Assembly: GCA_039545335.1 (NCBI GenBank) | Contig: BCIN01000003.1 | Span: 1,313,941-1,377,940 of the forward strand | DNA: 64,000 bases | DNA from: Kondoa subrosea | Taxonomy: Eukaryota | Direction of reading: 5' to 3' | Shown here: positions 38,755 through 51,364 of the stretch, in pieces | Position numbering within the stretch: position 1 is the stretch's first letter | How the letters are laid out: each line of letters opens with the position of its first letter | The notes under the pieces: model-generated | Database searches by the model: none | Told to the model about the DNA's origin: nothing | What the model saw: only the letters and a program-made list of their open reading frames with translations | Program-made: the position numbers and the translations under genes

Positions 38755-41244
38755 ATGGGTCCCCGAGTATTGCATTGGTATCGAACCGATCTCCGTTTGA
38801 CGGATTCCCCTTCTCTTCATGAAGCTCTCAAACTCAAGCCTGAATTTCTCTTTCCTGTTTGGTGCTTCGATCCTCATTGTGCGGTACTCAAATTGTGATC
38901 GGCGTATGTCTAAAGTCGAATACTGCTTGCAGATGTCTATGAACAAAGAGTTGGGGTCAATCGCTTTCAATTTCTATTGGATTGCATGGAAGAATTGTCG
39001 GAGAATATCACCAAGATCAATCCGAAATCGAAGCTGTTTGTTGTTAGGGGACCGCCTACGACTCTCTTGCCTTACCTATTCAAGAAGTGGAAGATCACTC
39101 ATATAGTATACGAGAAAGACGAGTCAGCTCTTCCCTCGTCAATCCTGAGCCTATGCTGATTGCATGTTTAGCGATGATTACGTTCGAGCTAGAGATGAAG
39201 CAGTTTGTGCAGCTGCAGATTCAGCAGGAGTGAAAGTCATTGCCGTTCACGGTCATACATTATGGGAATCAAGCAAGATTATTGCGAAACATAGCTCAGC
39301 AGGCAAACCACCCTTAACCTTTGCACCATTCCAGAAAGCTGCCGAATCTCTGGGTCTGCCACCACGTCCTCTTCCTAGTCCTACTTCTTTGCCTGATCCG
39401 GGTCCTACACCACTAGAAGATGCGAATCGATCTGATCATCCTATTGAGGTGAAAGAAGATCTCAACAGTCATACTAGAGAAGCTCAGGAAATGGTCTACG
39501 ATACTATTGCTGGACCTCATGGCAATTTTTCAGTCCCAACTTTAGCTGAACTTGGCTTGAAACCAGCAACAACTTCCCATCGAGGAGGAGAATCAAAAGG
39601 TTTAGCTCAATTAGCTCGATTCTTGGAGAACAAGAAACAGGTCTTGGAATTCCAGAAACCTAATACTAATCCAGGAGCTTTCGATCCGCCGGAAACGACT
39701 GTTGTATCTCCTCATCTCAAATTTGGTTCTTTGTCGGTCCGAACATTTTATTGGGAAGTGAAAGATTTGATTGACGCTGAGAAGAAGAATGGGAAAAAAG
39801 CAACTCAGGCGCCTGTTAGCTTGTTAGCCCAAGTTTATTGGAGAGATTTGTGAGTTTCCGTTACTTGTGAGCGTTTTTGGGTTGGCTGATTTTAGTTCGA
39901 AAGCTATCATTGTGCGAATTATGGAACACCTCACTTTGGGCAAATCAGAGGGAATCCAGTATGCAAATACATGAACTGGAGATTACAGTAGGTGGTTTTG
40001 TCGACCGTGATGTATCGCTGGTCATGACTTTCCAGGAACCAATACAATGATGATGGCAGTCTCAAACCACGCAAGGAGTGGGACTTCGATGATCCGGAGG
40101 CTGAGGAATACCTTGCGGCATGGAGCAAGTTTGATTTTCTCTGCAACCCTGCTAGTGACTCATTCAGGCATACAGGTGAAGGTCGAACCGGGTTTCCATG
40201 GATTGATGCTAGTGAGTACTATTGACGAATAGCGAATGCGGTAGCTGACACGCTTGCTTTAGTCATGAGACAGCTCAGGACAGAGGGGTGGATTCATCGT
40301 ATGTCGCGCGTTGCTCATGTTTGACTGCTTGGCAGATCGGCAAATAGATCTCGCTCGACACAGTGTTGCTTGCTTCCTGACCAGGTTGGTCATCTTTGCA
40401 GCGCTATAATATCGTCTCATCTCATGGCAATACAGAGGAGAGCTCTACATAAGTTGGGAAAGAGGAGCAGAAGTTTTCGATGAGTTCCTGGTCGACTGGT
40501 AAGCTCTGTGTCTAGTGTTGGTTATGGAACCGACTGGGTGATAGGGATCCAAATTCGAACAACGGCAACTGGATGTGGCTTTGTGAGTTGAAGACTACTC
40601 GCGAGCATAGCATTCAGGTCTTACTTTTCAAACTATTTGCAGCTGCCTCTGCCTTCTTCACCTCCTTCTATCGAGTCTACAGTCCTGTAGCATGTAGGTA
40701 GTGTCTATCACCTAAAATTCCCATGTCTCATGGTCCTCTACCACAGTCGGCAAGAAATATGATAGCTCTGGAGCTTTGATACGAAAATACTGTCCTGAAC
40801 TGGATGGCTTCCCAGACAAATACATCTTTCAGCCGTGAGTGGTATTTCTCCTTTTCCCCTTACTTCTTGTGACCACTATTGATATCAAACAGTTGGGAAG
40901 CACCCATTGCAACTCAAAAGAAAGCTCACTGTATTATAGGCAAAGATTACCCTAAACCTATCATTGACGATAAGAAAGCTCGAGCGGACTGTTTAGAGAA
41001 GATCAAGATCGCTTTCGCAACTAAATTACATGGTGATTCGGCTGCTGTTTTAGATGGAACTGCGAATGAACTCTTGGGAGCCGCGGAAGGATCGGGTGCG
41101 AAAACAGAAGAAGAGGGTTCTACTACTACTACTGGGAAAAGAAAAGCTGGCAATTCAGTACCTACTTCACCTAAATCACCCAAGAAAGCAAAGAACGAGG
41201 GACAAAAGAGTATGTTGGATTTTATGAAGACGGAGGAGAAATAA
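38755..41244 (+). CDS. (6-4) photolyase / animal-type cryptochrome family protein
   Basis: [90 protein letters not shown]; includes a GC-AG intron at 40125-40175. Confidence 0.93.
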
Positions 41245-41342
41245 GACAGGTTTGTAAAAGTAGACGGATATTTGTGAAAGATGTAATAAAACTGTATACA
41301 ATGTTCATCTATGGCATGTATTACAAGATAGTGCTTGACACT

Positions 41343-42187
41343 CTATACTGCTGCCGAAGTTTTTTCTTTCGGCAATGTGGCGAAGCGGAGATCTAAGAAG
41401 AGCACAATCAGTCACAAAACAGCAACATCGTGAGATGCACAACTTACAAGGCTTGACTGTTTTGTAACCTGGGAAAAGCTTCTCTGCCTCTTCGTTTGAT
41501 ACACCGGGGTGCACAATAACATCCTTTCCAGGTGTCCAGTCAATTGGTGTTGTGACTCTGTGTTTGTCGCCGGTTTGGAGCGAATCGAGCACTCGAAGAA
41601 CTTCAGCAGTGTTGCGACCAGTTGAAGCAGGGTAAGAAAGAATCAAGCGAATCTTCTTGCTTGGGTCAATGATGAAGACTGAACGGATTGTGAATGCAAT
41701 TCCCTTCGAGTCAACATTGGTGGCATCTTGATGATCGATCCTAGAAGAACAGGTAAGTTTGATTTCGAACTGGCTAATTGAGAAGAGCTTACATGTCATA
41801 CGCCAAGGCGACCTTGCGCTGCTTATCACCAATGATAGGGAACTTGAGATCGGTCTGAGAGATTTCATTGATGTCTGCGATCCAACCACCGTGCGATTCA
41901 ACGGTGTTGGCTGACAGACCGATGAGCTTGCAGTTGCGCTTTGTGAATTCTGGTTCTAGTTTGGCAAAGGCGCCCAATTCGGTAGTGCACACAGGCGTGT
42001 AATCTAGGGAAATGGTCAGCCAAGGCCTGGTGGAAGAGATATCATGCCTACCTTCTGGATGAGAGAAGAGAATAACCCAGGAATTGCCAATGAATTCATG
42101 GAAATCGATATCGCCATTGGTGGTTGTGGCTTGGAAGTTGGGTGCCACAGAGCCTAGACGAAGAGGAGCATTTGGTGCAGGAGACAT
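41343..42187 (-). CDS. PRX1: 1-Cys peroxiredoxin (Prx6 family)
   Basis: LRLGSVAPNF, WVILFSHP, DYTPVCTTELG (peroxidatic Cys), YPASTGRNTAEVLRVLDSLQ. Confidence 0.97.
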
Positions 42188-42482
42188 GTTAAATGTAGAA
42201 TGTATACCGAACGAGAGAAGAGGCAAAGGGCAAACCAATCTCGAAAATATTCAGCTTCGGAAATTGCGTGATCATGCTTATGTAAGCCTTTTGTTTAGTC
42301 AGCCAAGTCATATAGATCTCGTTCCGACGCAGTAAGCAGACTGAACTCTGTCAGGCCCCATTCTGGCAGATCCATCAAGCAATGCATTCTATTCTCTATG
42401 AAATCTACTGTGCTCCCATCTAAACTCTAAAAGTCTATACGTCTAAGTTGCAGACAGAACGACATCTAATTATCTCTAAAAT

Positions 42483-44372
42483 CTAAGCTTTGGCTCCAAC
42501 CATCTTTGCTTCCTCTTGCTGTTGTTCTATAGTCTTGAATCTAAATGTTTGTTTCAAGTTTTCCTCTGGCACTCCGTTTTCCAGAAGCTAAAACAATGAT
42601 CAGCTGTCATGTGCAGAACAAAACGAGAAGACTAGATCAAAACGAACCTTCTGGAATACTGCAGCGAAATCATTGAAGAATGCTTGTTGGTCTTTGGCGT
42701 ATTTCTCAGCATATTGACGGAAAGACTTGTCTGTTGTCAAGGCCATATCGGTGGTCAACATCATGAGCGACTTTGAGCTTTTGTCTTGGTATTGGATAGG
42801 GCCTTTCCAATTCTTTAGCGACCACTTGAGATGGGAGTTTAGCTTCGCACTGGATTTGACAAAGGCGAACATACTTTCTCGTCAAACAGGAGTTTGAAGT
42901 AATCATTGGTAAAAGTGGTAGGCGAGAACGTCCAAGGACCTTCAAATCCAGATCGATCAGCATGGCATCGCTAAGCAATATGTAAGAACAGCAAATTGGG
43001 ATATCCGAGCGATGCAGCTTACACCTAGAGCGTGAGCGCCTGAAAGAGCAACAATCTCTTGATCATTGAAGCCTTGACGGTTGAAGATTTTGCGCAGATG
43101 ATCAGATCCCTTGTCGCCATCAGGCAAACGTCCGTCAGGTGTGCAGTGTTCTGCATGCAAACCGATCAGCATTCACTGGTGTGTTATCCAATTCCATAGC
43201 ACTCACCGACCAGACCATCTTGTCTCCCAGGTCGCCATGGAACACTGATCTGTCATTAAACTTTGTGCAAAATTGATCGTGCGATGAGACTTACATAGGT
43301 CCTTGAAGCTCTTGAACAGCAACAACACCGCCGAGAGTCCACAAATCGCTATACTGCAGCCATGTCTCAGCCTTGCACCATTTTCAGCACTTGCTACAAC
43401 TTACAGTAATTTCAGGGAATTGCCTATTTGCACAAAGTTTAGCACTGATCAAAGCTCAGAGATCTTAAGGACTTACTGCTTGACCTTTTCAATCCTTTCT
43501 CGAGCGTGTTGCAACCCAGCGTTTGCGCCATGATTCGCTTCAGGGGCAAACCTGAATTAATCTGATAAGCGGATAAATCAACTCAAATTATCGGCAAATC
43601 CTCACCTCACTGATAGAGCAACAATTTTAGCTAATGAGCATGGATAGAAATATAAGCAGAGCTCACTTGTAGCGCCGTTTGATCCGCCATTACCAGTCTC
43701 TTTGCTAAAGGAGAGGCATTTTTGATTTAGTAAAAGACATGTACTGCTAAAGGTGAGACCTACTCATAAGTGCCAGCTGCAAAATGAAGGCATCAGATTC
43801 CACTACTAGAGCTCAGACAAGACGCGTTCACTAACATGCATGCCAAGCAAGTCTGATCAGAACAGGGCCATAGGAGCCATCATCGCTACGCAAAGAGGAG
43901 AGTTGAGTCACAAAACGACACAGAAAGTGAACACAAGCATACTATTCTTTCCTGCAGCGTGTTCAAATCAGAACAAAGCGAGAAAAGATCGCGATCAGAG
44001 ACTCACTCATCATCCGCTTCTAGAATTTCTGCCACTGCATTGTAGACCTTGATTTACGATCAGTAGGCTATAGTTATACGATATGATGACACGCACCTTC
44101 TGATAATCTACAACTTTGGTCGATGCAGCATCTTTGGGCTTGGTGCTATAACCAGATTGCATGTGTCCATCGCCTGCTGTTTGCCGAGAGTAGGCATAGT
44201 ATCCACCTCCAGCAATAGCAGCAGCCGCTAAACCATACAGAACGGTCGAATTTGAGCCACTTGAAGCTTCCGATGCATAACCGCGCTGAGATCTGGCGGT
44301 CGCCCGAAGAGCTGGGATCTGCTTCTGGCTAATCGTGCTCAAAGAAGCGCGAAATGCAGAGACTTTCGACAT
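42483..44372 (-). CDS. CCP1: Cytochrome c peroxidase, mitochondrial
   Basis: Mitochondrial presequence plus [65 protein letters not shown]. Confidence 0.96.
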
Positions 44373-44633
44373 CAAGATCTCCGATGGCACAAGCAAAAAG
44401 ATAACGAATTTCAAATTTCTGCATGACTTCCAAGCTTCCCGGTTCCGCTATTTAGCCACGATCTTATCGAAAGATAATGCATCGAAAGACACGCACTGCA
44501 AGGGAAGAAGACAACAGTTGACATGCATTACATATAGCAATACATTCTCTTCACATATGATACACGACCTTCCAATACCTCTTTGACAATGATCTCGCTT
44601 GCTTCTTTTGCAGTCGCCTCCCTTCAAGCATCT

Positions 44634-45217
44634 TCAGATTTTATACACAGGAGGCGAATCTGTAGCAGCGTAATTCGGTAATCCAGCTTCCAAATTAGGT
44701 CGATTAACAGGTTCCATCTGATCAATTTGTATCAGCCAAAGATCGATATGCTTATTAACACTGCTCACTTTCAGAGTAGCCGCATACTGTTGTCTTAGAG
44801 ACAATTCTTCAGGAGTGAGGAAATTAGGCTGGTAAGGGGATTGTCTTCGTTTCCTTCGTACGCAGATAAAGACGAATGCCATAGAACCACAGATGCCAAT
44901 AACGCCCGCAGCAACTACAAATCGTATCGACATGAGTCCCGATCAGTCTCAAATAAAATACAGCACCCACTGATTCCAATGGTCGTCGCAGCACTTGAGT
45001 ATACCTCATTCTTATTCGATACATTGCTGGTGGAACTGCTTTCTGTCACCCTTGTTGAAGTATCTCCTCCATCCGTGTACGCAATGCCATCAATTGTGGG
45101 AAGCAAAGTAGTGGATGGTAGAGTAAAACCGAGAGGGATGGAACTCGTCGTTTGAGCTGCTACACTTGTGACCAGCAGTGACAGTGAGAGTAGTAGTGTT
45201 TGCAGTTGTGAGTGCAT
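44634..45217 (-). CDS. Small type I membrane protein with Ser/Thr-rich ectodomain and cytoplasmic PY motifs
   Basis: Signal peptide MHSQLQTLLLSLSLLVTSVAA, S/T-rich region, TM VVAAGVIGICGSMAFVFICV followed by RRKRR, tail LPNY...PPVY. Confidence 0.7.
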
Positions 45218-45252
45218 AGCGATACAGATGCTTGTACAAGAGAGAAACCCCA

Positions 45253-45256
<4 letters not shown>

Positions 45257-45288
<32 letters not shown>
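45257..45288. repeat. (AG)16 / (CT)16 microsatellite about 40 bp upstream of the membrane-protein ATG
   Basis: Perfect dinucleotide run read directly from the sequence. Confidence 0.97.
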
Positions 45289-45294
<6 letters not shown>

Positions 45295-45626
45295 AGAGAT
45301 TCCCGAATGCCTTGGCACGACTGATCGGCAATTGCAGTGTGCGAGTGGCATCGTTTAAGCTTTGTGATACAGTAGCTCGCTGATGTAAATACATAGCTGA
45401 AGAATTTGAGCAAGTCAAGAGACTGGTTTTGACTATACCAATGTGCATTTGGAGGGTTTTCTTGCTTCAGCTTCTGATTCATGGTCACTCACAAGGTCCA
45501 AAAGGATGTGCAGTTCCAATCGAAAGATGTAACGGTTGTTCTTGTCGAAGAACCAACAACAACATTCGCATCAAGCGAAACACATAACTGCAATCAATCG
45601 CGATACTTGCCCGTCTATTCCTAGCT

Positions 45627-46512
45627 ATGGCTCTGAATCCACCACCTCGATCAAATCTAGGAATACCTGTACCAGTTGCGCCAGCCAATCCTCAGGCTCC
45701 CATAGTAGTGGAAGTTTATGACGGCATTGCTCATGCATTTAGAGTTGTCGAACACGCAGGTCTGCTCTCAAGACTTTGCTTAGGCTGTTCGTTTGGCTGA
45801 TTTCTTTCTTTCTTGTTCTTCTTTCAAGCTCAAGGAGAGGATCAACACAAACTCGATCTACTCCTGCACAAGCTGTTGGTGCCATCGCTTACGCGGCACA
45901 GCTGTTGACCATTCATAATCAAGGTAAGTAGTAGTACAATGTCTTTCCGTGAGCAAGCCTGATCTCGGTATCAGGGGCTCCTACTGAACAAGATCCACAG
46001 GTTGCTCAACTTCCACAACAGCTAGCACAGCAGGATGCGCTCGTGCTTGCCATGCAGGCCAATATGCAGAACATGCAGGTCACCATACAGAATAATCATG
46101 CCGCTCTGTTGGATATGTTGCTGGCGGCTCGCAGGGAGAGCTGTAAGGTTCGTCTTCCTTTACACCTTTGACTCGATTAGTGAGCAATCTTCCTGATGAC
46201 ATGTTTCAGGCTCACAACATAGCAAGAGGTGATGGAATTCGAGTTGAATTCATGGAGCTACCCCTTGCTAATGGCGAATTGCCCTCTGAGGTACATAATT
46301 CTCCTTGAGCTTTCTTCTATTTGAGCTGACACTCCCCTCGCAAGGCAAATCCGCCTTTGCCCATGTTGCTCAATGCAACAGACATCACCAATCTTAAACT
46401 CGAAGACTGTGCTCAACTAACACAAGGTTGGGCTCTACCTCCTGGTCCAGCAAATGCAGGTCTTGTTGATCAACAAAACCGAATCAAGCGTTTCGTTGGC
46501 TGCACAATGTAG
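45627..46512 (+). CDS. Mug135-like (DUF1773-type C-terminal domain) protein
   Basis: Not recovered in the ORF track; spliced MALNPPPRSNLGIPVP...coiled coil...AHNIARGDGIRVEFMELPLANGELPSEANPPLPMLLNATDITNLKLEDCAQLTQGWAL...RIKRFVGCTM*; first intron acceptor uncertain. Confidence 0.6.
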
Positions 46513-46767
46513 GGTCAATTCATAGCACCGCATATCGTCGTTAGTTAATCATGCAATATCCATCATCGTTTTTATGCCCTATCAAAGCCGAGCTTCTTTT
46601 CCATTACGCGAACCCTCAAACTTCTGCAAGAAGGTTTTTGAATGTTATAGCATTCTTTTGCCTAGGGAAGGTAAGCATTCGCAAAGGAGCCGATCACCAT
46701 CAGATTCAATCAGATTTCTTTAGCATTGCAATATACATTTACAGTCTCAGTACACTATAGCAATCTC

Positions 46768-49700
46768 CTATAGCCAAATATCCAATGGCAGACGATCGAC
46801 GAAAGCAGGGTCATCATTCAATCTAGCGAAATTGAGTCAAGCCAATTGCCAAGGAAATAAGCAATCAGGACTCACCTTGGATAGAACGGAACCATAGCAT
46901 CTTGATGTCTGAGATACAAAGAGTTGTACACCAGCCAGTAGCGCTGCGTACATAATCAGAATTTCGACAGCAGCTCTAGTAGAGTGAGTGACAAACCTCT
47001 CGGACTTTCCTGGCAGGCTAGACAGAGGCGTGAGCATAAGCATTGCATCGAGTGGACCCAGATATAAGACTTACGTGATACAGACCAGCCCAAATGTAGC
47101 TGAGGACAACACCTGGACCAAGAGCTACACCAAGCGCTTCGATGGCATCTGAGACATTATTGGCTACATGAGGCGACAGTTCCAGACTTTAGCAGTCATC
47201 AGCGCAGTAGTCACCATCTGATGTATGGAACTCACATGTTAGGCCACAGCAGATTCATCAGATGCAGCATAGCATCTTCTCGACCCAAGCCAGCTACACC
47301 CAATGCGATATGCTTGACGATTGCTGCGGCTGTTTGACGATGAACAGCATCTCGATCCGTCAAAGCGTCTTCCAGCAGTCCAACCACTGCGTAAGTGTAG
47401 TCCTTTGAAATTTCGCCAATATATTCAAACAAGAAAGAAAGAGCCTTCAAACAACCGTTTCGAACATTGAGATCAGGGGTCCGGTATTCCGTAAGAATAG
47501 CAGGAATGCAGGTGAAAGGACTACAATGGCCGAATGTCAGCACTGCTCTAAGCTGAAAGCACCAGACTCACCCGCAAGTTTCCGCTACAATACCAATAGC
47601 AACTGTACTGCAGACTCGACTTTGCCGTTCTTGAACTTTTAAGTTGGTGAGCAGGACACTGAGCACATCTTGTGGACCAATAGCTTTGGCGATATAACCA
47701 AAAGAATTGACAGCAGCTCGACGAATTGACTTCTTGTGTGCCTTGAGCAATTCGAGCAACTCAAAACAGATACGCATCCATTCACGGGCCGAAACGAATT
47801 CAGCACCACGATCCGCTGTTTAAAACAATTAGCCAAGGTCAAATCGAAGTATTAGAACGCACCGATACGACCAATCAAGTTGATTGAAGCTTCTTGTACT
47901 TTCTCGTGACGATTTCTTAAAATAGGCGTCATTCGAGGTACTACATGCGAATCCGTCAGTAAAGTATTTGACTGCAAAAACAGTTTTGACTGACGAAGAT
48001 CTTTGACCGGAGGATTCATTTGAGTCATACCTACCACATTGGCGATAGCACCCTCAGCGGCAATGATGCTGTACAGAGCATATAACGTCAGATGATAATC
48101 AAGCTGACCCGATATCTCACGCACCTGCCCAAGGTATCGGGATATTCCTCACCAAGCTGTTCGAAGAGAACGACACCCAATCTTGATAGCAGACTATCTT
48201 CACCGCACTGCTTGATCACGAATGCAAGCTTGCTGGTGAGATCAGCCGCTTGCTGTCGGACCTTAGCACTCTTGTTGTTCAAGCGCCAAAGGATAGTCGA
48301 GACAATCTGAGTCAGATAAGGCTTGACACGAGCTCCTGTAATCACTGCTGTGAGTATCGTACAAATCGACCGAAGAACTGACTGACCTAGCGAGTTCACA
48401 ACAGTTCCAAAGCCGTCAAGCATGACAGTGTCTTCAATCGTTTGTTCGGAGAAGGAATAGATGATACCGTCAATGAGCTGAACTTCAAGTCTTTCGTCGA
48501 TGTCCGATGCGCCCAAAGTAGAGATAACCTTCTGAATCGTTTCCATGACCATCTTTCGGTAAGGCTCCGATTCGTCCTTAAGGTCATTGACGACTCTTCC
48601 GACTATTTCAGCCACACCCGCTTTCTGCGCAAGCTCGACAGTGGTTTCAACTACTTGCTTATAGTTCCGCTTGTCCAGAGCCACTATATCAATCATCAGT
48701 ACAGGAACGCCATAATGTCGAGGTAGGAAACTCACTTCTCCTGACCCAGAAATGACGGAAGAAATCTGGAAGAATTTCTTGCTTAACATAAGATGGTAGA
48801 ACACCTTCTGTTCCAGCGCATTGCTTGACGACCTTGAGAACGATTTTCTTCATTTCCTCATCAGGAGACTATTACACACGTCAGCAAAATGTAGCTCAGC
48901 TCGCAAGAGGGGCTGACCTGGAACTCTCGGATCAGAATGATCATTACTTCCTTTGTATAGTAATTGGCGTATTCAGAGTCCATAAGAGGAATGATGAAAC
49001 CAATAGCTTTCAAGAAAGCCGCAAGACCTTTGCCGCGGTGTTTGCGAATACCAGTCCACAGAGGTTTGAGCACACTATCGAAAGATTCAATACCGTAAGG
49101 TGCAGCGGCTTCGGCTAAGGCAGCGATAGCTAGAGCAGTCATTGTTCGGACTTTCTGTTGTTCGTCATCTAAGCCATGAGCGATGGATTCGACCAAGTTC
49201 TTCAAGTGAGGAAGAACGGCACAACCGAGCATAATGGAGATCTGTTGAACGATTTTGATACCGGTATGACGAGCCTGTCAAATAAAAGAGACCCATGTAT
49301 CAGCTTAAAGCAGAACAAAGGCTTGCATCACTGACCTGCCACGATTTCTTGGATCGACAAACAGCTTTCAGGAAAGGCAGAAGCGACGGAATACCCAGAG
49401 CAGAAGCAACAACAGCGAAAGCTCTTGCAGTAGTGTTTCGGACGTATTCATCCACATGATCAATATCGGGTCTCATGGTGGAAATCATATGAGCCAAACC
49501 AGCAGCTTTCGACAAGTTGGAGATGATTTCTCTTCCTTCGACACGAGCATAGTAGTCTTCATCGATGAGAAGGGGTTCAATGACGACGAGAATCTTGTGC
49601 ACATATGGTCGAACGAGATCATCCAACTTGTATAAAATTCGATCAATAACTTTGACCAATAAATGTCGTTCTTGATCTTCAAGAGTACGTTCCATCAGCA

Positions 49701-51145
49701 AAGGTAAGATTTTGTCGAAAAGAGGACCGGCGCCAAACTCTCTTGCTTTATCTGTAATCTGCCTCAAAGCCGTTTTTCTCATTGGCGGTGTACCATTCTT
49801 AATCTTGAGCAACAACCTCATGATCTTCATCTCTTTCAATTCTTCCATACTCAATCCACTTTCATCCACTTCTCCATCTTTACCAGGTAAGATTTTAGCG
49901 AAATAAGCTGCATCTTCTTGCTTGAAGAAAGCTAATTGTCCAACACCTTCGATATCGGTAGGTAACTCTGGAGTAGCCAAAGCAGCTGCGATATCACCAC
50001 CTGAGAACTCATCTTGCATCATGAAACCAGATTGTCCCATTGGAGTTTGCTGAAGTTTGCGTGTTGGTGTTCTGATTGGTGCATAACCTTCTGGAGGAGG
50101 AACGACTTCATAACCTTCGACGGGTAGCATCACATCCAGTTCTTCATCTGACAAATACCGATTTACTTTATCGAAAGAAGCCATTGCGAAAGTTTGACCG
50201 AATCCGATAGGTAAAGAAGAAGTAGCTGGTTCTTGATTTGCTGCTTTTGCTGCCACACCTCCAACAGGTGTTTGATCCCATCTCGATCGCTTAGGTGTTT
50301 CAGCTACTGTTGCTTGATTGGCTTTAGGTGAAGCGGTCAAAGGAGTTTGATCCCATCTTGATCTACGCTTCTTTTCTGGCGGAGGAGCGGCAGCTTGTTC
50401 GCCTTGCCTTTCCCAATTGGTAGTAGGTTCTTCCGAGTCTTGCTTGACAGCGGTAGAGGAAGAAGAAGAAGGAGGTGAAGCAACATCCCAGCGACGTTTT
50501 CTAGGTGTGGCGTCTGGTGCAATAGCGCCAACTCTTTCAGCTTCTTCCATGTTTTCCTTTTCTTTATCTTTAATAGCTTGTTCCACTCGTCTTTCTTCCC
50601 TTTCCAACTCAGCTCGACGCATTCTTTCCGCATAACTCGAAGTTCCTTCGCCTGCGTCCCCGGAGAAAGCATCTACTTGACGTTCGTCACCTGTCTCTCT
50701 GTTGAACCTTCTAAGCTGATATTCAGATTGTCTTGCTGCGATTTGCTTCTTTTGAGCAGTCTCGGCAAATGGATCAGGTGCTGAATTATCATCTTCTCCA
50801 GTAAATTCGTTGAGTAAATGTTTGGGTGCCGTGACTAGAGAGAACACATTAGGTCAGTTTGCCATCACACAGACGGCCTGAATAGGGCAGGAAAGGTATG
50901 AACTGACAAGAATCGAGTAATCTCGGTTGATTCTCAGTCATGTCCACGTCCTCGTCTTCGCCTCCACCGACATCCAGTTCAGTCAGGTAGTCAGATTTGC
51001 GACTACCGCCATAGATATCGGTATCCATCGAAGCAGATTTACTCGACAAGGCGACATCCTTCTCTTCGGCTGCAGCTTTCCTGGCCGCCCTTTCCCTCGC
51101 TCGCGATAGTTGCAGCTCCTTAATCTCTGCCTCTGAGCTGTCCAT
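46768..51145 (-). CDS. SF3B1: Splicing factor 3B subunit 1 (U2 snRNP)
   Basis: RWD/TP repeats (ULMs), [26 protein letters not shown] repeats, [13 protein letters not shown], ends LDIWL*. Confidence 0.98.
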
Positions 51146-51364
51146 GTTGAAAACACAGAGGGAGTCGTTGAGTCGAGACAAAGATGAGAAATATGCAATG
51201 CTACGCTTTTTGACAGAGAACCAGCTCGCAAGCTCAATTGGTCTAAACTCACGCTCTTTTCATCGCCGCGTCCTGCACTTCCTGAGGCTCAACAGCTCCC
51301 TTGCGTCAATTCCCGCGTTGCATAAATTTCAGGTTTTGACACTTCGCAATTCGTTCGACTGCAG

